DNA of 64,000 nucleotides from a virus (taxonomy: Duplodnaviria > Caudoviricetes): positions 1-64,000 of the IMG/VR virus record IMGVR_UViG_3300032247_000928; one strand, 5' to 3'. A model generated the notes under the pieces. That model was given only the letters and a program-made list of their open reading frames with translations. It was not told where the DNA came from and did not search any database. The position numbers and the translations under genes were made by a program. This document shows positions 45,211 to 56,669 of this stretch, one piece after another. Positions within the stretch are counted from its first letter, which is position 1. Each line of letters begins with the position of its first letter.

Positions 45211-46569
45211 TTAGTTATATAGGTCGGAGAATTTGAGGAAACGTCCGCCCCATAGGGATTTTTGAAGTGGACTTTCATCCAATTCCTGCACGATCTCGCC
45301 TAGATCGCCAGACTTGCGGAAAGCGGTGTCCTTTTCTACGGAATCAACTCTCTTTCCAATTTCATTAAAAGTACCCTTGATCTGATTTACATCAGTTGTT
45401 GTGGCATCAAGAGACTTCTTCATATTTGCAACTTCATCACCAAGTGATTTAATTGTTGCTGTTAGATCGCTAAAGGCATTAGTAACAGAATCTTTAAGTT
45501 CTGTAATTACATCAGTAATTACATCATCTGACTTAGGAGCCATTGGCTTCTTCTTGTCTTCTGCTTCTTCATCTGCTGGTGTTTCAGCTGCAGCATCAGC
45601 AGCAGATTCTTCTTCATCAGCTATTGGCTTTGCAGCCTTTTCTGTTGAATCTTCTTCTGTTGCATCAGACTTCATATCGCACTTGCACTTATCCATGGGA
45701 TTGTTGCAATCTGGACACATTGCTGCATCTGCCTTTGGAGCGACCTCTGCTGATACTGCTTCTGTCTTTGCAACGGGTGCATCAACTACTGCTGTTGTAT
45801 CTTCTGACATAGGGTTTACCTCCTTGTTAATCTTAGAAGTATTAATGCCTTTAGCACTATCAACTAAGAATTTTATCATGTTTGCTTTTTCTGAATCATT
45901 TTTTTCTACAAAACCAATATTTTTCATTTCGTTACCACTTACTGGGCTAACGTATGTTTCTTCATCAGAGGTTAAAACAATTCCTGTTTCTTCATCATAA
46001 AAAACATTTTCTACAACTACATCTGCAAGATCACCTTTAATTGTATTTACACCATTAACTTTTTCAACTGACATAATACTTGCAAATTGATTTGCTGGGG
46101 AATCTACAAGACTCAACTCAACAAGATCGTAATCTTTAATAATTCTAATTGCTTTATCAAGTTCTTCATTATATGCATCATCCCATTTGTTCATTCTACC
46201 GCCAATAGAAAAACCAGTGTATGTTCCGTCAAGAACTTTTTCCCAAGCATCTGCTGCTCCCTTAGAAATGTATGTAGAAACATAGATACCTTTATAAAAC
46301 TTTTTTGATTCTGGATCAAAATATTTTTCTTCTTTAAATGAAATCATTTTGCCTACTGCAGAGGGTTGATGCATTTCTCTAATATTTCCACGGAACTTTG
46401 CAAAAGCACTCATTGATGCTTCAGTGGTAACAATGTCATATTGCTTATCAACATTATCAACAGATGCAAAACCAGAGACAATTCTCTTCTCAATATCTAC
46501 TTTGCCAAAGGGCATTGATAAGCGAACATTGTCGCCGTCAGTGGTCCAAAAAGCTTTATTTATGTTCAT
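45211..46569 (-). CDS. Prohead protease fused to acidic scaffolding region
   Basis: VSGFAS, REMH, GFSIGG, ELSLVDSPAN (HK97 protease), then an Asp/Glu/Ala-rich linker and coiled coil. Start ATG 46569; the track's ATG overlaps the -10 box at 46580-46588. Confidence 0.9.
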   Translation of the reverse strand: MNINKAFWTTDGDNVRLSMPFGKVDIEKRIVSGFASVDNVDKQYDIVTTEASMSAFAKFRGNIREMHQPSAVGKMISFKEEKYFDPESKKFYKGIYVSTYISKGAADAWEKVLDGTYTGFSIGGRMNKWDDAYNEELDKAIRIIKDYDLVELSLVDSPANQFASIMSVEKVNGVNTIKGDLADVVVENVFYDEETGIVLTSDEETYVSPVSGNEMKNIGFVEKNDSEKANMIKFLVDSAKGINTSKINKEVNPMSEDTTAVVDAPVAKTEAVSAEVAPKADAAMCPDCNNPMDKCKCDMKSDATEEDSTEKAAKPIADEEESAADAAAETPADEEAEDKKKPMAPKSDDVITDVITELKDSVTNAFSDLTATIKSLGDEVANMKKSLDATTTDVNQIKGTFNEIGKRVDSVEKDTAFRKSGDLGEIVQELDESPLQKSLWGGRFLKFSDLYN

Positions 46570-46610
46570 ATCGTATTCCATTATACCAAATGTTTATGTA
46601 GGTTTCTCAA

Positions 46611-48245
46611 CTATTGAGACGCTCTACCTTCACCCTTCGGATTACGTCCAGATACTGTTGCAGAACCATCTGATTGATTATTTGTTCTCTCTGCATCTCT
46701 AGAACGATTTCCATTTGCTCTTGAATCTGCAGACTGTCTTGGGCTTAATTCAAGCGGTGTATCGCCATGATCTGCTTGAGGAAGATCTAAAATTTCACGG
46801 GCTTCATTAGGAAGCATAATCTGATTCTTAACATAACGCTCAAGAATCTGGGACTGTGCAATTTCATCTGTAAGAGTAAGTTCATTAAACTTGAACTGAA
46901 GAATATCTGTTCTTTCCTTGATAAGCTTGCTAATTACCTTTTCAAGGTGCTGTTGTTCTGGACGAGATACCTGCTCTTTAAAAGTACGGTCTTGTGCTAA
47001 GGCTGCTGCAATTGCTCCTGAATCTGAACCGCCAAGTTTAGAAATTGGAACCTGATGAGCAATTAAAATATCATCACGGTTCTGCTTACGATACTCTTTA
47101 AATGATCCATCTTGAATACCGTTTTCAATTGGCTTCATATCAAACTCAACCTTAGAGTGATCATTGTCGCCAGGAAGTGGGATATATAGAGTTCTGTGTG
47201 ACTGAGACTTTAGTCCTGTTTGCAAGAATCTAAACATCTTATCTTCGGCATCAGCAGATAACTTAGCACCCTTAAGAGTAATTACATATCTTGGTACCGC
47301 TTTGTTTTCAAAATAATCAATGTTGTATTGTGAAGCAAGTTGATCACCAATAAGTGATGGCAGCGCTGCAATAATATCTGGAACACCATAATATGTATTT
47401 AGTGGTGAATAATCTTTGAAATGAATAATTTCATTTGGACGTGGATCTGCTGTTAATGGATTTTGATTTGTGGCACCAAAGTTGCGGAAGTAAACAACCT
47501 TTGGTCCAATAATTTGAACGTGCCCATCACGAATACGGCGCACTCTCATTGTTGTAGATGGAATATGACCAACATATCCAATCTCACCACTTACTGTTCT
47601 GCCAACTTCCATATAGCCATTTCCAGTTGCCTGAAGGTCTGTATAAATTTTTTCCATTGTTCTTGTAAAACTATCATCATCGTTAAGTGACTCAAGCCAA
47701 TCACGAAGTTCTAATTTTGCTCTTTCAATTCTCTTACGTGCACGATCTGTTGCACCTTGGTCTGCGTTATTTTCAAGGCTCATCATTGTACGGTCTGTTA
47801 CATCAAAACGGTAGCCAAGACCAACAACATTTTCTACCTTTGCATCAATTGCAGCATGGTTAGCAAAAGACGTATCATAAAAATTAGCAAGCTCATACAT
47901 ATTGTATGGTGGTGTAATTACATCAAAAAGACCGTATCCATTTCGGTATACCAAACCAGGGTTAATTGCCTTTGATCCAGAATCTTTTAAACCTTTTGGA
48001 TCTGCATTTGCTGAGTCAAGATAAGGAATACTAAGAAGATCAATATTTGCATTAGTAGCAAGATAACCTTCTTGTGTCATTGCTTTATTTACTTGTCTAG
48101 TAATACGACGTTTAACATTTTCTTCAAGTCCCGCTAAAGATTTTAGTTCATCCCATGTTTTGTTAAATGGATCACTATTTTTAAACTGATTTTCTGGTTT
48201 TTCTGTAGTGCCAAGTCTGGCTTCTAGATAATCACTATTACTCAT
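46611..48245 (-). CDS. Portal protein
   Basis: HAAIDAKVENVVGLG, DLQATGNGYMEV, YYGVPDII, NKAVPRYVI, LPNEAREIL. Start ATG 48245. Confidence 0.93.
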   Translation of the reverse strand: MSNSDYLEARLGTTEKPENQFKNSDPFNKTWDELKSLAGLEENVKRRITRQVNKAMTQEGYLATNANIDLLSIPYLDSANADPKGLKDSGSKAINPGLVYRNGYGLFDVITPPYNMYELANFYDTSFANHAAIDAKVENVVGLGYRFDVTDRTMMSLENNADQGATDRARKRIERAKLELRDWLESLNDDDSFTRTMEKIYTDLQATGNGYMEVGRTVSGEIGYVGHIPSTTMRVRRIRDGHVQIIGPKVVYFRNFGATNQNPLTADPRPNEIIHFKDYSPLNTYYGVPDIIAALPSLIGDQLASQYNIDYFENKAVPRYVITLKGAKLSADAEDKMFRFLQTGLKSQSHRTLYIPLPGDNDHSKVEFDMKPIENGIQDGSFKEYRKQNRDDILIAHQVPISKLGGSDSGAIAAALAQDRTFKEQVSRPEQQHLEKVISKLIKERTDILQFKFNELTLTDEIAQSQILERYVKNQIMLPNEAREILDLPQADHGDTPLELSPRQSADSRANGNRSRDAERTNNQSDGSATVSGRNPKGEGRASQ

Positions 48246-48633
48246 TAAATGCATCCTTGCCTGATTTATTAAGAGTCTGTTGTGCTGCATGCCAAGCACC
48301 AAGGTCATTCATTGAAGGAATAAGTCCAGACTTCATGCGATCTAATTGTTCTGAATGTTCCTCTTCGGTAATACGAGTAAGGCCAGGAACAAAGACTGCT
48401 TCGCCATCACCTTCGTCACCATAATATTTGGCTGCTGATTTAAGTTCTGCAATTTTAGTTAAATCATTACGCATAGACTCAATATTTAGTACATTACCTT
48501 GTCCATCAGTAAACCATTTACCATTTGATTTTTTGTATACATATAGACCCCAGTTATATTTCTTTTCAATAACTTGTCTACGTACATTTTTGACAATTGG
48601 TTCGCCAGTTTCGGGGTTGATTAATGAATCCAT
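48238..48633 (-). CDS. Conserved hypothetical protein upstream of the portal
   Basis: Probably leaderless: ATG 48633 lies 7 nt after TGGTATACT (48641-48649). Confidence 0.75.
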   Translation of the reverse strand: MDSLINPETGEPIVKNVRRQVIEKKYNWGLYVYKKSNGKWFTDGQGNVLNIESMRNDLTKIAELKSAAKYYGDEGDGEAVFVPGLTRITEEEHSEQLDRMKSGLIPSMNDLGAWHAAQQTLNKSGKDAFNE

Positions 48634-48685
48634 AACCATCAGTATACCATATTCCTATTGTATAAGTAGTTTAATGACCAATATT

Positions 48686-50719
48686 TTAATAGAACTTGAT
48701 TTCACATGCATCGGTAGAACAATATGCTTCACCTTCTGCTTCAAGATTTTCTACGCCATCGTAGATAGCAGACCAGTCAATTTTACCAATCTTGCCTACA
48801 TAGGCGTTGTATTCTTCTCTTGTAATTTCTGAATATGGCTGCTGAGGGTAAACTTTATCTCCCATTGGAAGGAAAGATACAGCCTTTAGCTGTCCCTCAT
48901 ACATATTAAGGGCTGGTGCTACAAACTTCTTTTCAGTTTCCTTGTCAAATGAAAGTGTTACGGAAACACCATTATCTGACCAGTATTTCTGAGCAGTTGC
49001 TGCCAAACCAATTTTTTCAAATAGGCTGACCTGCTTTTCTGCACGTTTGTGTCCAGATGCTACTGGGAAATATACTACTTGAGTATTTGCTGATACTAGA
49101 TCTGGTTCAACTTTATATCCCGCTGCTTTAAACAAATGAAGCATTGGATCAGTATCACCAAAACGAATAGCACGAAGATAAAATTCTCCACCAGGTCCCC
49201 AGTGAACTCCAGGAGTTGCACCAGAAAGAAGTGAAACAGATCCTGATGGTTTAATGGTTGTTACACGAACTGATTCACGAACGCATAGCCACTCTGAATA
49301 CTTGTGATCGTAGTAGCGAATCTTGTGATAGCCTTCATCCATCCATTCACGGGTAGTTGGCAAACCATTTTCATCGGCAAATGAAGCAATACCTGTAAGA
49401 GATGTACCAATACGGCGATTGCGTTGCATAATACCATTTGTAGTTGGCCAATGTGTTGGCATAAGTGTAACGGTCTTGCCGTACAAGTATGCAAACTTAA
49501 GAGTCTTTAAAAAATCTTCTTTTGAATCATGTCGGTTAAGGTGAACTTCTACAAGTGTGCAAAGTTCATAAGATTCAAGTGGTTGCTCTGCACATGGATT
49601 GAATCCCATAATACGAGCATCTTTATAATCTGGTGCATCTGCAAGACGACCATAATCACGAGCAACATCAAGCCAAATAAAACCTGGCTCTCCATTGTCT
49701 GCGATCAAGTCAACATAGTCTTCATATTTTGTTCCAACTTCAGCAGCAATAGAATTATTACTCATCCAAGCCCAACCTGGTTTTGCTGGATCATATGAGT
49801 TTCTTTCTGGAAATACTTCTGGGTTCTTGAGATTAATAAAACCATCATCTTTTGCAGTACCTAATGCAAGAGTTGCAGAACGGCGAACATTGCCAGAAAC
49901 AACGCATGTGCCAATAAGGTTTACAATATCTACAATTGCACGGCTATCAAGTGCTTCTCCTGCTCTAGAACCAACTACATTGCGAATGCGTGTATGGAGA
50001 TCAATCAAAGGTGCTGGACCGCTGGCTACCCCGCCAAAGCCCTTAATGGGGGCTCCTAGAGGACGGATAAGGTCATAGTTAAACTCCTGAGTAGGCTGGT
50101 TCTGGCGTAAAAATGAGTTGATCAGAAGGCGTACAGACTCTACCCAACCTTCACGAGTATCTGGAATTTCATAAATAAATGCTGGCTCTGTAGGTGCATA
50201 AATAGACATTTGCTTATCTTGTCCAAGGGTATCAAATCCAACTCCAATACCCAACATTAATGCATCCATTACCCAAGCAAATAATGCACCAGGATCATTA
50301 CGATCAATGTCACGAGTAGAGACCATTGCACAATTTTGAAGGGATGCTGAGTTGCGCTTTTCCATAGTCATAGGTGTACCAAATGCCCAAAGACCACGAC
50401 CTGGGGGTGTCCACTTTAATTCAAACATTCTTTGAAAAGCTTCTTGTGCAGACTTCTGTGCCTTGTTATCATTCCAGGGTAGACGGTTATCTTTAGCGTG
50501 GTTTTTTTGAACTGAATACATACCCTCAATTACACGACGACAAACTTCATGCCAGCGTTCCTTTGTACCGTCTTCTTTAACACGAGAATATGTACGAATA
50601 AATGTTACTTCTCCCAACGAGTTAGACCCTGCATCTGAGAATCCAAATGGTGCTGGAATAGTTTGATATTTAGTTACAAATTCATCTGAAAGACGAAAAG
50701 AGAATACGGTTTCTGGCAT
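48686..50719 (-). CDS. nrdJ: Class II (adenosylcobalamin-dependent) ribonucleoside-triphosphate reductase
   Basis: TFIRTYSR, PPGRGLW, LQNCA, GNVRRSA, GFNPCAEQ.L..YELCTL, TTIKPSGSVS, C-terminal YCSTDAC Cys pair. Confidence 0.95.
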   Translation of the reverse strand: MPETVFSFRLSDEFVTKYQTIPAPFGFSDAGSNSLGEVTFIRTYSRVKEDGTKERWHEVCRRVIEGMYSVQKNHAKDNRLPWNDNKAQKSAQEAFQRMFELKWTPPGRGLWAFGTPMTMEKRNSASLQNCAMVSTRDIDRNDPGALFAWVMDALMLGIGVGFDTLGQDKQMSIYAPTEPAFIYEIPDTREGWVESVRLLINSFLRQNQPTQEFNYDLIRPLGAPIKGFGGVASGPAPLIDLHTRIRNVVGSRAGEALDSRAIVDIVNLIGTCVVSGNVRRSATLALGTAKDDGFINLKNPEVFPERNSYDPAKPGWAWMSNNSIAAEVGTKYEDYVDLIADNGEPGFIWLDVARDYGRLADAPDYKDARIMGFNPCAEQPLESYELCTLVEVHLNRHDSKEDFLKTLKFAYLYGKTVTLMPTHWPTTNGIMQRNRRIGTSLTGIASFADENGLPTTREWMDEGYHKIRYYDHKYSEWLCVRESVRVTTIKPSGSVSLLSGATPGVHWGPGGEFYLRAIRFGDTDPMLHLFKAAGYKVEPDLVSANTQVVYFPVASGHKRAEKQVSLFEKIGLAATAQKYWSDNGVSVTLSFDKETEKKFVAPALNMYEGQLKAVSFLPMGDKVYPQQPYSEITREEYNAYVGKIGKIDWSAIYDGVENLEAEGEAYCSTDACEIKFY

Positions 50720-50779
50720 TTATTTACCTTTCATAGCAAAAATAAGTTAAGTACTTCAGTAATTCGGAAGTAGTCCCTA

Positions 50780-50788
50780 AGTATAACA
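50780..50788 (-). promoter_or_regulatory. Extended -10 promoter (TGTTATACT) for nrdJ
   Basis: Lies between the upstream terminator and the nrdJ SD (GAAAGGT). Confidence 0.62.
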
Positions 50789-50804
50789 CAGTTTAAAAAG
50801 AAAA

Positions 50805-50825
50805 ACACGCTCAACAAGAGCGTGT
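50805..50825 (-). terminator. Intrinsic terminator after the fibre cluster
   Basis: ACACGCTC-TTGTT-GAGCGTGT followed by TTTTCTTTTT on the minus strand. Confidence 0.82.
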
Positions 50826-50867
50826 AAATCTTTACTTTATAGTTAGTGCATTAATTTTTATTAAGTA

Positions 50868-53285
50868 CTATGCACCGATCAACATAAGTTCGCTGAATGC
50901 TGCTCCACCTGCTGGTGTAATCCACTGAACTCCAGAACCTGTTGAAGAAAGTACCTGTCCTGATGTTCCTGTTGCTGAACCTGCTGTAAGTGTACCCGTA
51001 AGTGTAGCATTTGAAAGTGTAAGTCCTGCAATTGTTGTTACAGTTGCGCCAGATGCAATTGATGTTGAACCAAGTGTAGGTGCTGAGTATGAAGATACTG
51101 TTCCCCATGATACGTTAGTTCCATCAGATGTTAAGTACTTTCCACTTGCTGAAGTCTGTGAAGGAAGAACTGCATTTGCTGCACCTGCCTGTGTTGTTGC
51201 TCCAGTACCACCCTTATTGAGGGCAATTGCTGTACCAGACCATGTACCAGTTGCAATAGTTCCAAGTGTTGTAATATTTGTAGAACCAGCCCATGTTGAA
51301 ACTGCTGTATTTTCTACGTTTCCAAGTCCAATAGATGTTCTGTGTGTAGATGCTGATTCAGCACTTACAGTATTATCTGCATTGTACTTAGGGAAAGTAA
51401 TTGCTGATGGATTAGTTTGTGTAAATATATTTGCACCAAGAGTTGTAGCACCAAGATTTGTTCTTGCAGTTGCTGCATCAGTTGCACCTGTACCACCATT
51501 TGCAATTGGGAGAGTTCCAGTTACACCAGTAGTTAAAGGCAATCCAGTTGCATTAGTAAGAGTTCCTGAAGCAGGTGTACCAAGTACTGGAGTCACAAGT
51601 GTAGGGGATGTAGCAAATACTAAAGCGCCTGAACCAGTCTCATCAGAGATGATTCCAGCAAGTTCAGATGAAGATGTAGAAGCGTGTACAGATAGTTTAT
51701 CTGTTGTTACTACTAGTGTCTTTGATGAAGGAATAGTTGTACCGTTGACAGATGTAGCAGTAGCCACACCAAGTGCTGGTGTTGTCAAGGTTGGAGATGT
51801 TAATGTTTTATTTGTTAATGTTTCTGTTCCAGCAATTGTTGCAAAATCTGCATCAGTAACCGCTGTATTAAATTGTGCAATTGTTCCTGATACTGTATTT
51901 GAGCCAAGAGCAACTGTTTTATTTGTAAGTGTTTCTGTGGCATCTTTTAGTAATGTTCCATTTGCATAGTATGACTTACCTGAAGCAAGATCTATGTGTT
52001 CTGATGAAGTCCAAGCAGAAGTTGCATTAACCCAGTTAAATGTTTTATTTGTTGTGCCATTTACAGTAATACCAGCGCCATCAGCAGTAGTATTTGTAGG
52101 TGTTGCTACATCTGCAAGAACAATATTCTTGTCTTCAATAACTAGGTTAGTTGAGTTAAGGTTTGTTGTTGTTCCGTTTACTGTCAAATCCCCAGAAATT
52201 GTTAGGTTAACTGCTGTTGCAGTTCCTGTTAACGCTGGTGATGCAAGTGGAGCCTTATCAGCAAGGGCTGTAGTAAGACCTGAAATCTTAGACTGAGCAA
52301 TTGCTGCTGCAGAATTAATGTCTGCATCTACGATTGTGTCATTTGCAATCTTTGCTGATGTAATTGCACTATCAGCAATGTCTCCTGTGGCAATTGTTCC
52401 ATCTAGAATTTTTGCAGTTGTGATAGCACCGTCAGCAATATCTCCAGCAACAATAGTACCGTCAGCAATCTTAGCAGAAGTAATTGCTGAATCAGCAATA
52501 TCTGCTGTAGCGATTGTTCCATCAACAATGTCTGATGATGTAATAGACCCTGTAAGGTTTAACTTACTGTAAGCAATTGCTGCTGATGCATTAATATCAG
52601 CGTTAACAATAGTACCGTCAGCAATCTTAGCAGAAGTAATTGCTGAATCAGCAATATCTGCTGTAGCGATTGTTCCATCTAGAATCATTGTAGATGTAAC
52701 AGTTCCTGATGGTAGTGTTACAGTACCTGTAAATGTTGGGGAAGCAAGAGGAGCCTTATTATTAATCTGTGTTTGAATTGCAGAAGTAACACCATCAAGG
52801 TAACCAATTTCAGTATCTGAAACACCAGTTACACGAGCCTGAATTGCTGTTGTATCTACTGCTAAAGTTAATGTATTTGCTGCATCGTTATAATTTTTTG
52901 TTATACCTGTACCCGCAGTTAAAGCTGCATCAATTGCATCTTGTGAAAGTTCTGCAATGTCAGATGTTAGGGCTACTGTACCTGATGCATCTGGAAGTGT
53001 AATTGTGCGATCCGCTGTAGGATCTGTTACCTGAAGAGTAGTCTCGTATGAGTCTTCTGTTGCACCCTCAAAAGTAATGCTTGAACCAAATGATGGGTTT
53101 ACTGTTGAGTTAGAGTCAACGAAGTAATCAAGGTCAATCCAGTGATTTGTACCATCACCAATTTTAAATTTATTTGTGTCAGTTTCATAACCGATTTCAC
53201 CTGCGTTGAGGATTGGGCCATTGCCAGAATTTGTTGAAATCCATTGAGCAGCAGTACCTCTGCGCTGTTGCATTCTTGTTGCCAT
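50868..53285 (-). CDS. Fibre protein with Mtd-N-like N-terminus and internal repeats
   Basis: [12 protein letters not shown]....[23 protein letters not shown]-terminus; repeated [15 protein letters not shown] decapeptide units; Thr/Gly-rich shaft. Confidence 0.82.
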   Translation of the reverse strand: MATRMQQRRGTAAQWISTNSGNGPILNAGEIGYETDTNKFKIGDGTNHWIDLDYFVDSNSTVNPSFGSSITFEGATEDSYETTLQVTDPTADRTITLPDASGTVALTSDIAELSQDAIDAALTAGTGITKNYNDAANTLTLAVDTTAIQARVTGVSDTEIGYLDGVTSAIQTQINNKAPLASPTFTGTVTLPSGTVTSTMILDGTIATADIADSAITSAKIADGTIVNADINASAAIAYSKLNLTGSITSSDIVDGTIATADIADSAITSAKIADGTIVAGDIADGAITTAKILDGTIATGDIADSAITSAKIANDTIVDADINSAAAIAQSKISGLTTALADKAPLASPALTGTATAVNLTISGDLTVNGTTTNLNSTNLVIEDKNIVLADVATPTNTTADGAGITVNGTTNKTFNWVNATSAWTSSEHIDLASGKSYYANGTLLKDATETLTNKTVALGSNTVSGTIAQFNTAVTDADFATIAGTETLTNKTLTSPTLTTPALGVATATSVNGTTIPSSKTLVVTTDKLSVHASTSSSELAGIISDETGSGALVFATSPTLVTPVLGTPASGTLTNATGLPLTTGVTGTLPIANGGTGATDAATARTNLGATTLGANIFTQTNPSAITFPKYNADNTVSAESASTHRTSIGLGNVENTAVSTWAGSTNITTLGTIATGTWSGTAIALNKGGTGATTQAGAANAVLPSQTSASGKYLTSDGTNVSWGTVSSYSAPTLGSTSIASGATVTTIAGLTLSNATLTGTLTAGSATGTSGQVLSSTGSGVQWITPAGGAAFSELMLIGA
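52449..52679. repeat. Exact 75-bp intragenic duplication (52449-52523 = 52605-52679)
   Basis: AACAATAGTACCGTCAGCAATCTTAGC...GATTGTTCCATC occurs twice, offset 156 bp. Confidence 0.9.
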
Positions 53286-53331
53286 TTATAGTCTCCTCTT
53301 TCGTGGTGTCTTATAGTATTATATCAGATTA

Positions 53332-53817
53332 TTAACTGAAGTTATCTAATGGGCTTCCGCCATCGTAACTGTTATTCCAATATGTTGAATCATAAAATGC
53401 TGCAATTTCTGTTGATGTAAAGATTGAGTCGTAATAACCAGCATCTTGGAATATTGAAACAATAAGTCCTGTTCCATCAATTGCAGTATCGTGGATGTGC
53501 TGTCTAAGATCAGCGGTATCAGTAAATGTTGCAATCATAATCCAATCAGCAGCATCAGTAGAATAAATAGATAGATGGCGTGATACTGTATCAAACCATA
53601 ACTGTCCATCTACTGGACTTACTGGTGCAGATGACTCAGTAGGGACAATTGGAGTTCTTGCCCCTACCAAGTTATCTACATAAAGTTTTGTTGTTGCATG
53701 TGAATTGTCAGTAGGAGTGGCAACTGTGACAGTTCCACCAAAAGTACCGCCATTGGCTACATCTAGCCCATGCTTTACTTTGAAGTCTCTATTGGTTGTT
53801 GTTGATGGTACTGTCAC
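53332..53817 (-). CDS. Virion fibre-associated protein
   Basis: N-terminal DFKVKHGLDV motif shared with the gene at 53837; PVSPVDGQLWFDT motif common in fibres. Confidence 0.68.
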   Translation of the reverse strand: MTVPSTTTNRDFKVKHGLDVANGGTFGGTVTVATPTDNSHATTKLYVDNLVGARTPIVPTESSAPVSPVDGQLWFDTVSRHLSIYSTDAADWIMIATFTDTADLRQHIHDTAIDGTGLIVSIFQDAGYYDSIFTSTEIAAFYDSTYWNNSYDGGSPLDNFS

Positions 53818-53836
53818 AGTTGGTTCCTCTTTTCAA

Positions 53837-56185
53837 TTATGCCTTGATGTAGGTCTTGCTTACCTTAACAGTAGTATTTGCTGCTGCTGCAGTAACTTGC
53901 ATAAGAACATTGCCTGCTGAATATACAGCATCTGTTATTCCAAGTTGGCCATTGCTTTGTACATCAGCATACTCTGTTACATAAACATTGTTTGATGCAT
54001 CTACGCCAACTAACATTTCAATTACTTCAATGTCTCCACCAGTATTCTTCATTTGTACTACATACTTAGCAGCAGTATATGTTGTTGCTGAGAATGTGTC
54101 AATTGTAGTTGCTGAAGTTCCTGCAACTGCTGTTGCAGAACCTGTAAGAGTATCAGCAAAACCTACTGATGTTGCTAATGCTGCACCAAGAGTTGGTGTA
54201 ACAAGAGTTGGGCTATTTGAAAATACTAGTGTGCTTGTTCCTGTTTCATCAGTTAAAGCTGCTGCAAGGTTTGCAGAAGATGGTGTTGCAAGGAATGTTG
54301 CTACACCAGATCCAAGACCAGAGATACCAGAAGATACTGGCAAACCAGTTGCATTTGTAAGTGTTGCAGAAGAAGGTGTTCCAAGTGCTCCACCATTTGT
54401 AACAAATGCTCCTGCTGAACCAACATTTACTCCAAGTGCTGTAGAAACTCCTGTACCCAAGCCTGAAATACCAGTTGATACTGGAAGTCCAGTTGCATTT
54501 GTAAGAACACCAGATGCTGGAGTTCCAAGCGCTGGTGTAGTTAATACTGGGCTAGTAAGTGTCTTGTTTGTAAGTGTTTGTGCTGTTGAAAGATCTACAG
54601 TTACTGATGTATCAATTGAAAGTGTATTTCCTGACTTTGAAATACCAGTTCCTGCTGTAACTTGACCTAAGCCAGTAAACTGTGTGAAAGTAAGAGCTGT
54701 GGTTCCAATTGTAATTGCACCATTATTTGTTAATGTCCAACCAGAATCTGCGTTTACAGTTCCTTCTTCAACAAATACTGCAAGTGAAGGAGTTACTTCT
54801 GCTGCTGCGTCTGCATCTGTTGAACGAGTTGGTGCACCTGTTGCATTAACGGTATAAATACCATTTTCAGCACCTGATGCCTGATTCTTAACAAGAATTC
54901 TATTTCCAGTTGCAAGTGTTACTCCATCAATTACAGATCCATTAGCAAATGCTGATGAAAGAGTTCCAGAAGTAGTTGTTGCTGCACGTACTGAAGCTTT
55001 CCAGTCAATTCCCTGAGCTGCTGAATCAACATATGCTTTTGTTGATGCATCTGAATCATTTACTGGTGTTGGAACTGTTACAGTTCCTGTAAATGTTGGA
55101 GAATTAAGTGGAGCTCTTGATGTATCTGTAGCATGTACGTGATCTGCACGAGCAGCTGTTGTTCCTGTACCAATTGCAGCAGTTCCATCCATTGATGGAG
55201 TTGTTGAGCTTAATCCAGTGATGCTGTTAAATGATGTACCTGTTGCAACACCAATATTTGGAGTTACAAATGTTGGGCTGTTAGTAAATGCAACTGTTGA
55301 AGTTCCTGACTCATCTGTAAGTGCTGTTGCTAGATTTGCAGATGTTGGAGTTGCAAGAAATGCTGCTACGCCTGTACCAAGACCAGATACACCAGTTGAA
55401 ATTGGAAGACCTGTTGCGTTTGTTAATGTTCCGCTTGAAGGTGTACCTAATGCTCCGCCATTTACAACTACAGCGCCAGCAGAGCCAACGTTTGTTGCAA
55501 GAGCAGTAGCAACGTTAGTTCCAAGTCCTGAAACACCTGTGCTAATTGGCAAACCAGTAGCATTTGTAAGTGTAGCCGAAGATGGTGTTCCAAGTGCTGG
55601 TGATGTTAATGTAGGTGATGTTAAAGTCTTATTTGTAAGTGTTTGTGTTCCAGAAAGTGTGGCAACTACTGTTGTATCTAATGTAATTGTATTTGCTGGG
55701 TCATTATATGTAAAACCAGTACCCAATATATTACCAACTGCATCCTGTGCTCTTTCATCTGTAAAGTAAAGGTTTGTACCTTCTGAAAGTGCTGTTGTTG
55801 ATGAAGGAATATCTGAAGTAAATGCCACTGTTCCTGAAGCATCTTTAAGTGTAATTGTGCGATCAGCAGTTGGGTCTGTTACTGCAAGAGTTGTCTGATA
55901 TGAATCTGTTGTTGCACCTTCAAATTCAATGCTTGTACCAAAAACACCAACTGCTTGTGGGGCTGCCCACTTAATACCATTGGTTGCACTTGAATCTGCT
56001 GTAAGAATATAATTATTAGTTCCTACTGCTAAACGAGCAACTGCATCGTCTGCACTTCCTACTAGTAAATCACCTTTAGCATCAATTGTGCCTGCAGTGA
56101 TTACATTTTTTCCGTTGACAGTCGCAGTTGTACCTTCAACTACCAGTCCTGCCTTTACTCTAAAATCTTTTGTTACTGTTGCCAT
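53837..56185 (-). CDS. Long fibre protein with a duplicated ~120-aa shaft block
   Basis: [11 protein letters not shown]-terminus; four [19 protein letters not shown] units; central [11 protein letters not shown]...[16 protein letters not shown]...ENGIY module. Confidence 0.8.
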   Translation of the reverse strand: MATVTKDFRVKAGLVVEGTTATVNGKNVITAGTIDAKGDLLVGSADDAVARLAVGTNNYILTADSSATNGIKWAAPQAVGVFGTSIEFEGATTDSYQTTLAVTDPTADRTITLKDASGTVAFTSDIPSSTTALSEGTNLYFTDERAQDAVGNILGTGFTYNDPANTITLDTTVVATLSGTQTLTNKTLTSPTLTSPALGTPSSATLTNATGLPISTGVSGLGTNVATALATNVGSAGAVVVNGGALGTPSSGTLTNATGLPISTGVSGLGTGVAAFLATPTSANLATALTDESGTSTVAFTNSPTFVTPNIGVATGTSFNSITGLSSTTPSMDGTAAIGTGTTAARADHVHATDTSRAPLNSPTFTGTVTVPTPVNDSDASTKAYVDSAAQGIDWKASVRAATTTSGTLSSAFANGSVIDGVTLATGNRILVKNQASGAENGIYTVNATGAPTRSTDADAAAEVTPSLAVFVEEGTVNADSGWTLTNNGAITIGTTALTFTQFTGLGQVTAGTGISKSGNTLSIDTSVTVDLSTAQTLTNKTLTSPVLTTPALGTPASGVLTNATGLPVSTGISGLGTGVSTALGVNVGSAGAFVTNGGALGTPSSATLTNATGLPVSSGISGLGSGVATFLATPSSANLAAALTDETGTSTLVFSNSPTLVTPTLGAALATSVGFADTLTGSATAVAGTSATTIDTFSATTYTAAKYVVQMKNTGGDIEVIEMLVGVDASNNVYVTEYADVQSNGQLGITDAVYSAGNVLMQVTAAAANTTVKVSKTYIKA

Positions 56186-56201
56186 TTTTATATCTCCTTA
56201 G

Positions 56202-56648
56202 TTAGGCCTTTAGACCAATACGCAAATAGCGCAAGGTTATCGGGGTTTGCCCACCTACAGGAACTACAGTTAGTGAAACTGTATCCCCTGCTCTAGACAC
56301 GGAGATGGTGCCAATATTCCCATCATTGTCTACTGTTCCATATTCACTGACGTTTACGTTTGTAGCATCAGGGACTATGGTTAATTCTGTTGCGTAGTAC
56401 TTATTTGCACCACCAGCAGTTTTTTTGATTGAGACCATGTACTTAACTGATCTCCATTCACTGGCAAGGAAGTTATCAAAAATTGTTGAATTTTCAATGC
56501 CGTTGATAGTTACTTCATTATTACCATCAGAACCTAAGTCTGTTGATCTCGCAGAAGTGCTGTCAATCAAATCTTCATAATCTGCTTGACTTGGACGGTC
56601 ACCTGTTTGGAAAAGGGACTTGATACTCGTGATTGATAACTTAGCCAT
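56202..56648 (-). CDS. Virion protein sharing a C-terminal domain with 53837-56185
   Basis: D.F....(W/Y).(S/A).KY.V..K...VSEYG/VTEYA pattern; leaderless (ATG 6 nt after TGATATAAT at 56655-56663). Confidence 0.7.
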   Translation of the reverse strand: MAKLSITSIKSLFQTGDRPSQADYEDLIDSTSARSTDLGSDGNNEVTINGIENSTIFDNFLASEWRSVKYMVSIKKTAGGANKYYATELTIVPDATNVNVSEYGTVDNDGNIGTISVSRAGDTVSLTVVPVGGQTPITLRYLRIGLKA

Positions 56649-56669
56649 GTTTGTATTATATCATGCATT

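Noticed and set aside
45401-46000. 199-aa plus-strand ORF, and similar antisense ORFs at 2769-3083, 3681-4091, 51217-51969, 53988-54665 and 55218-55769
   Set aside because: Antisense shadows of Ala/Thr/Ser-rich genes whose codon bias avoids stops on the opposite strand; no RBS, promoter or motifs.
4064-50719. Inteins or group I introns in terL, dnaE, dnaB, recA or nrdJ
   Set aside because: All are continuous ORFs of ordinary length, with no C/S...HN splice motifs or homing-endonuclease inserts noticed.
50868-53285. Diversity-generating retroelement suggested by the Mtd-N-like domain
   Set aside because: No reverse transcriptase, Avd or template/variable repeat pair differing at adenines was seen in the window; Mtd-N is a common fibre anchor domain.
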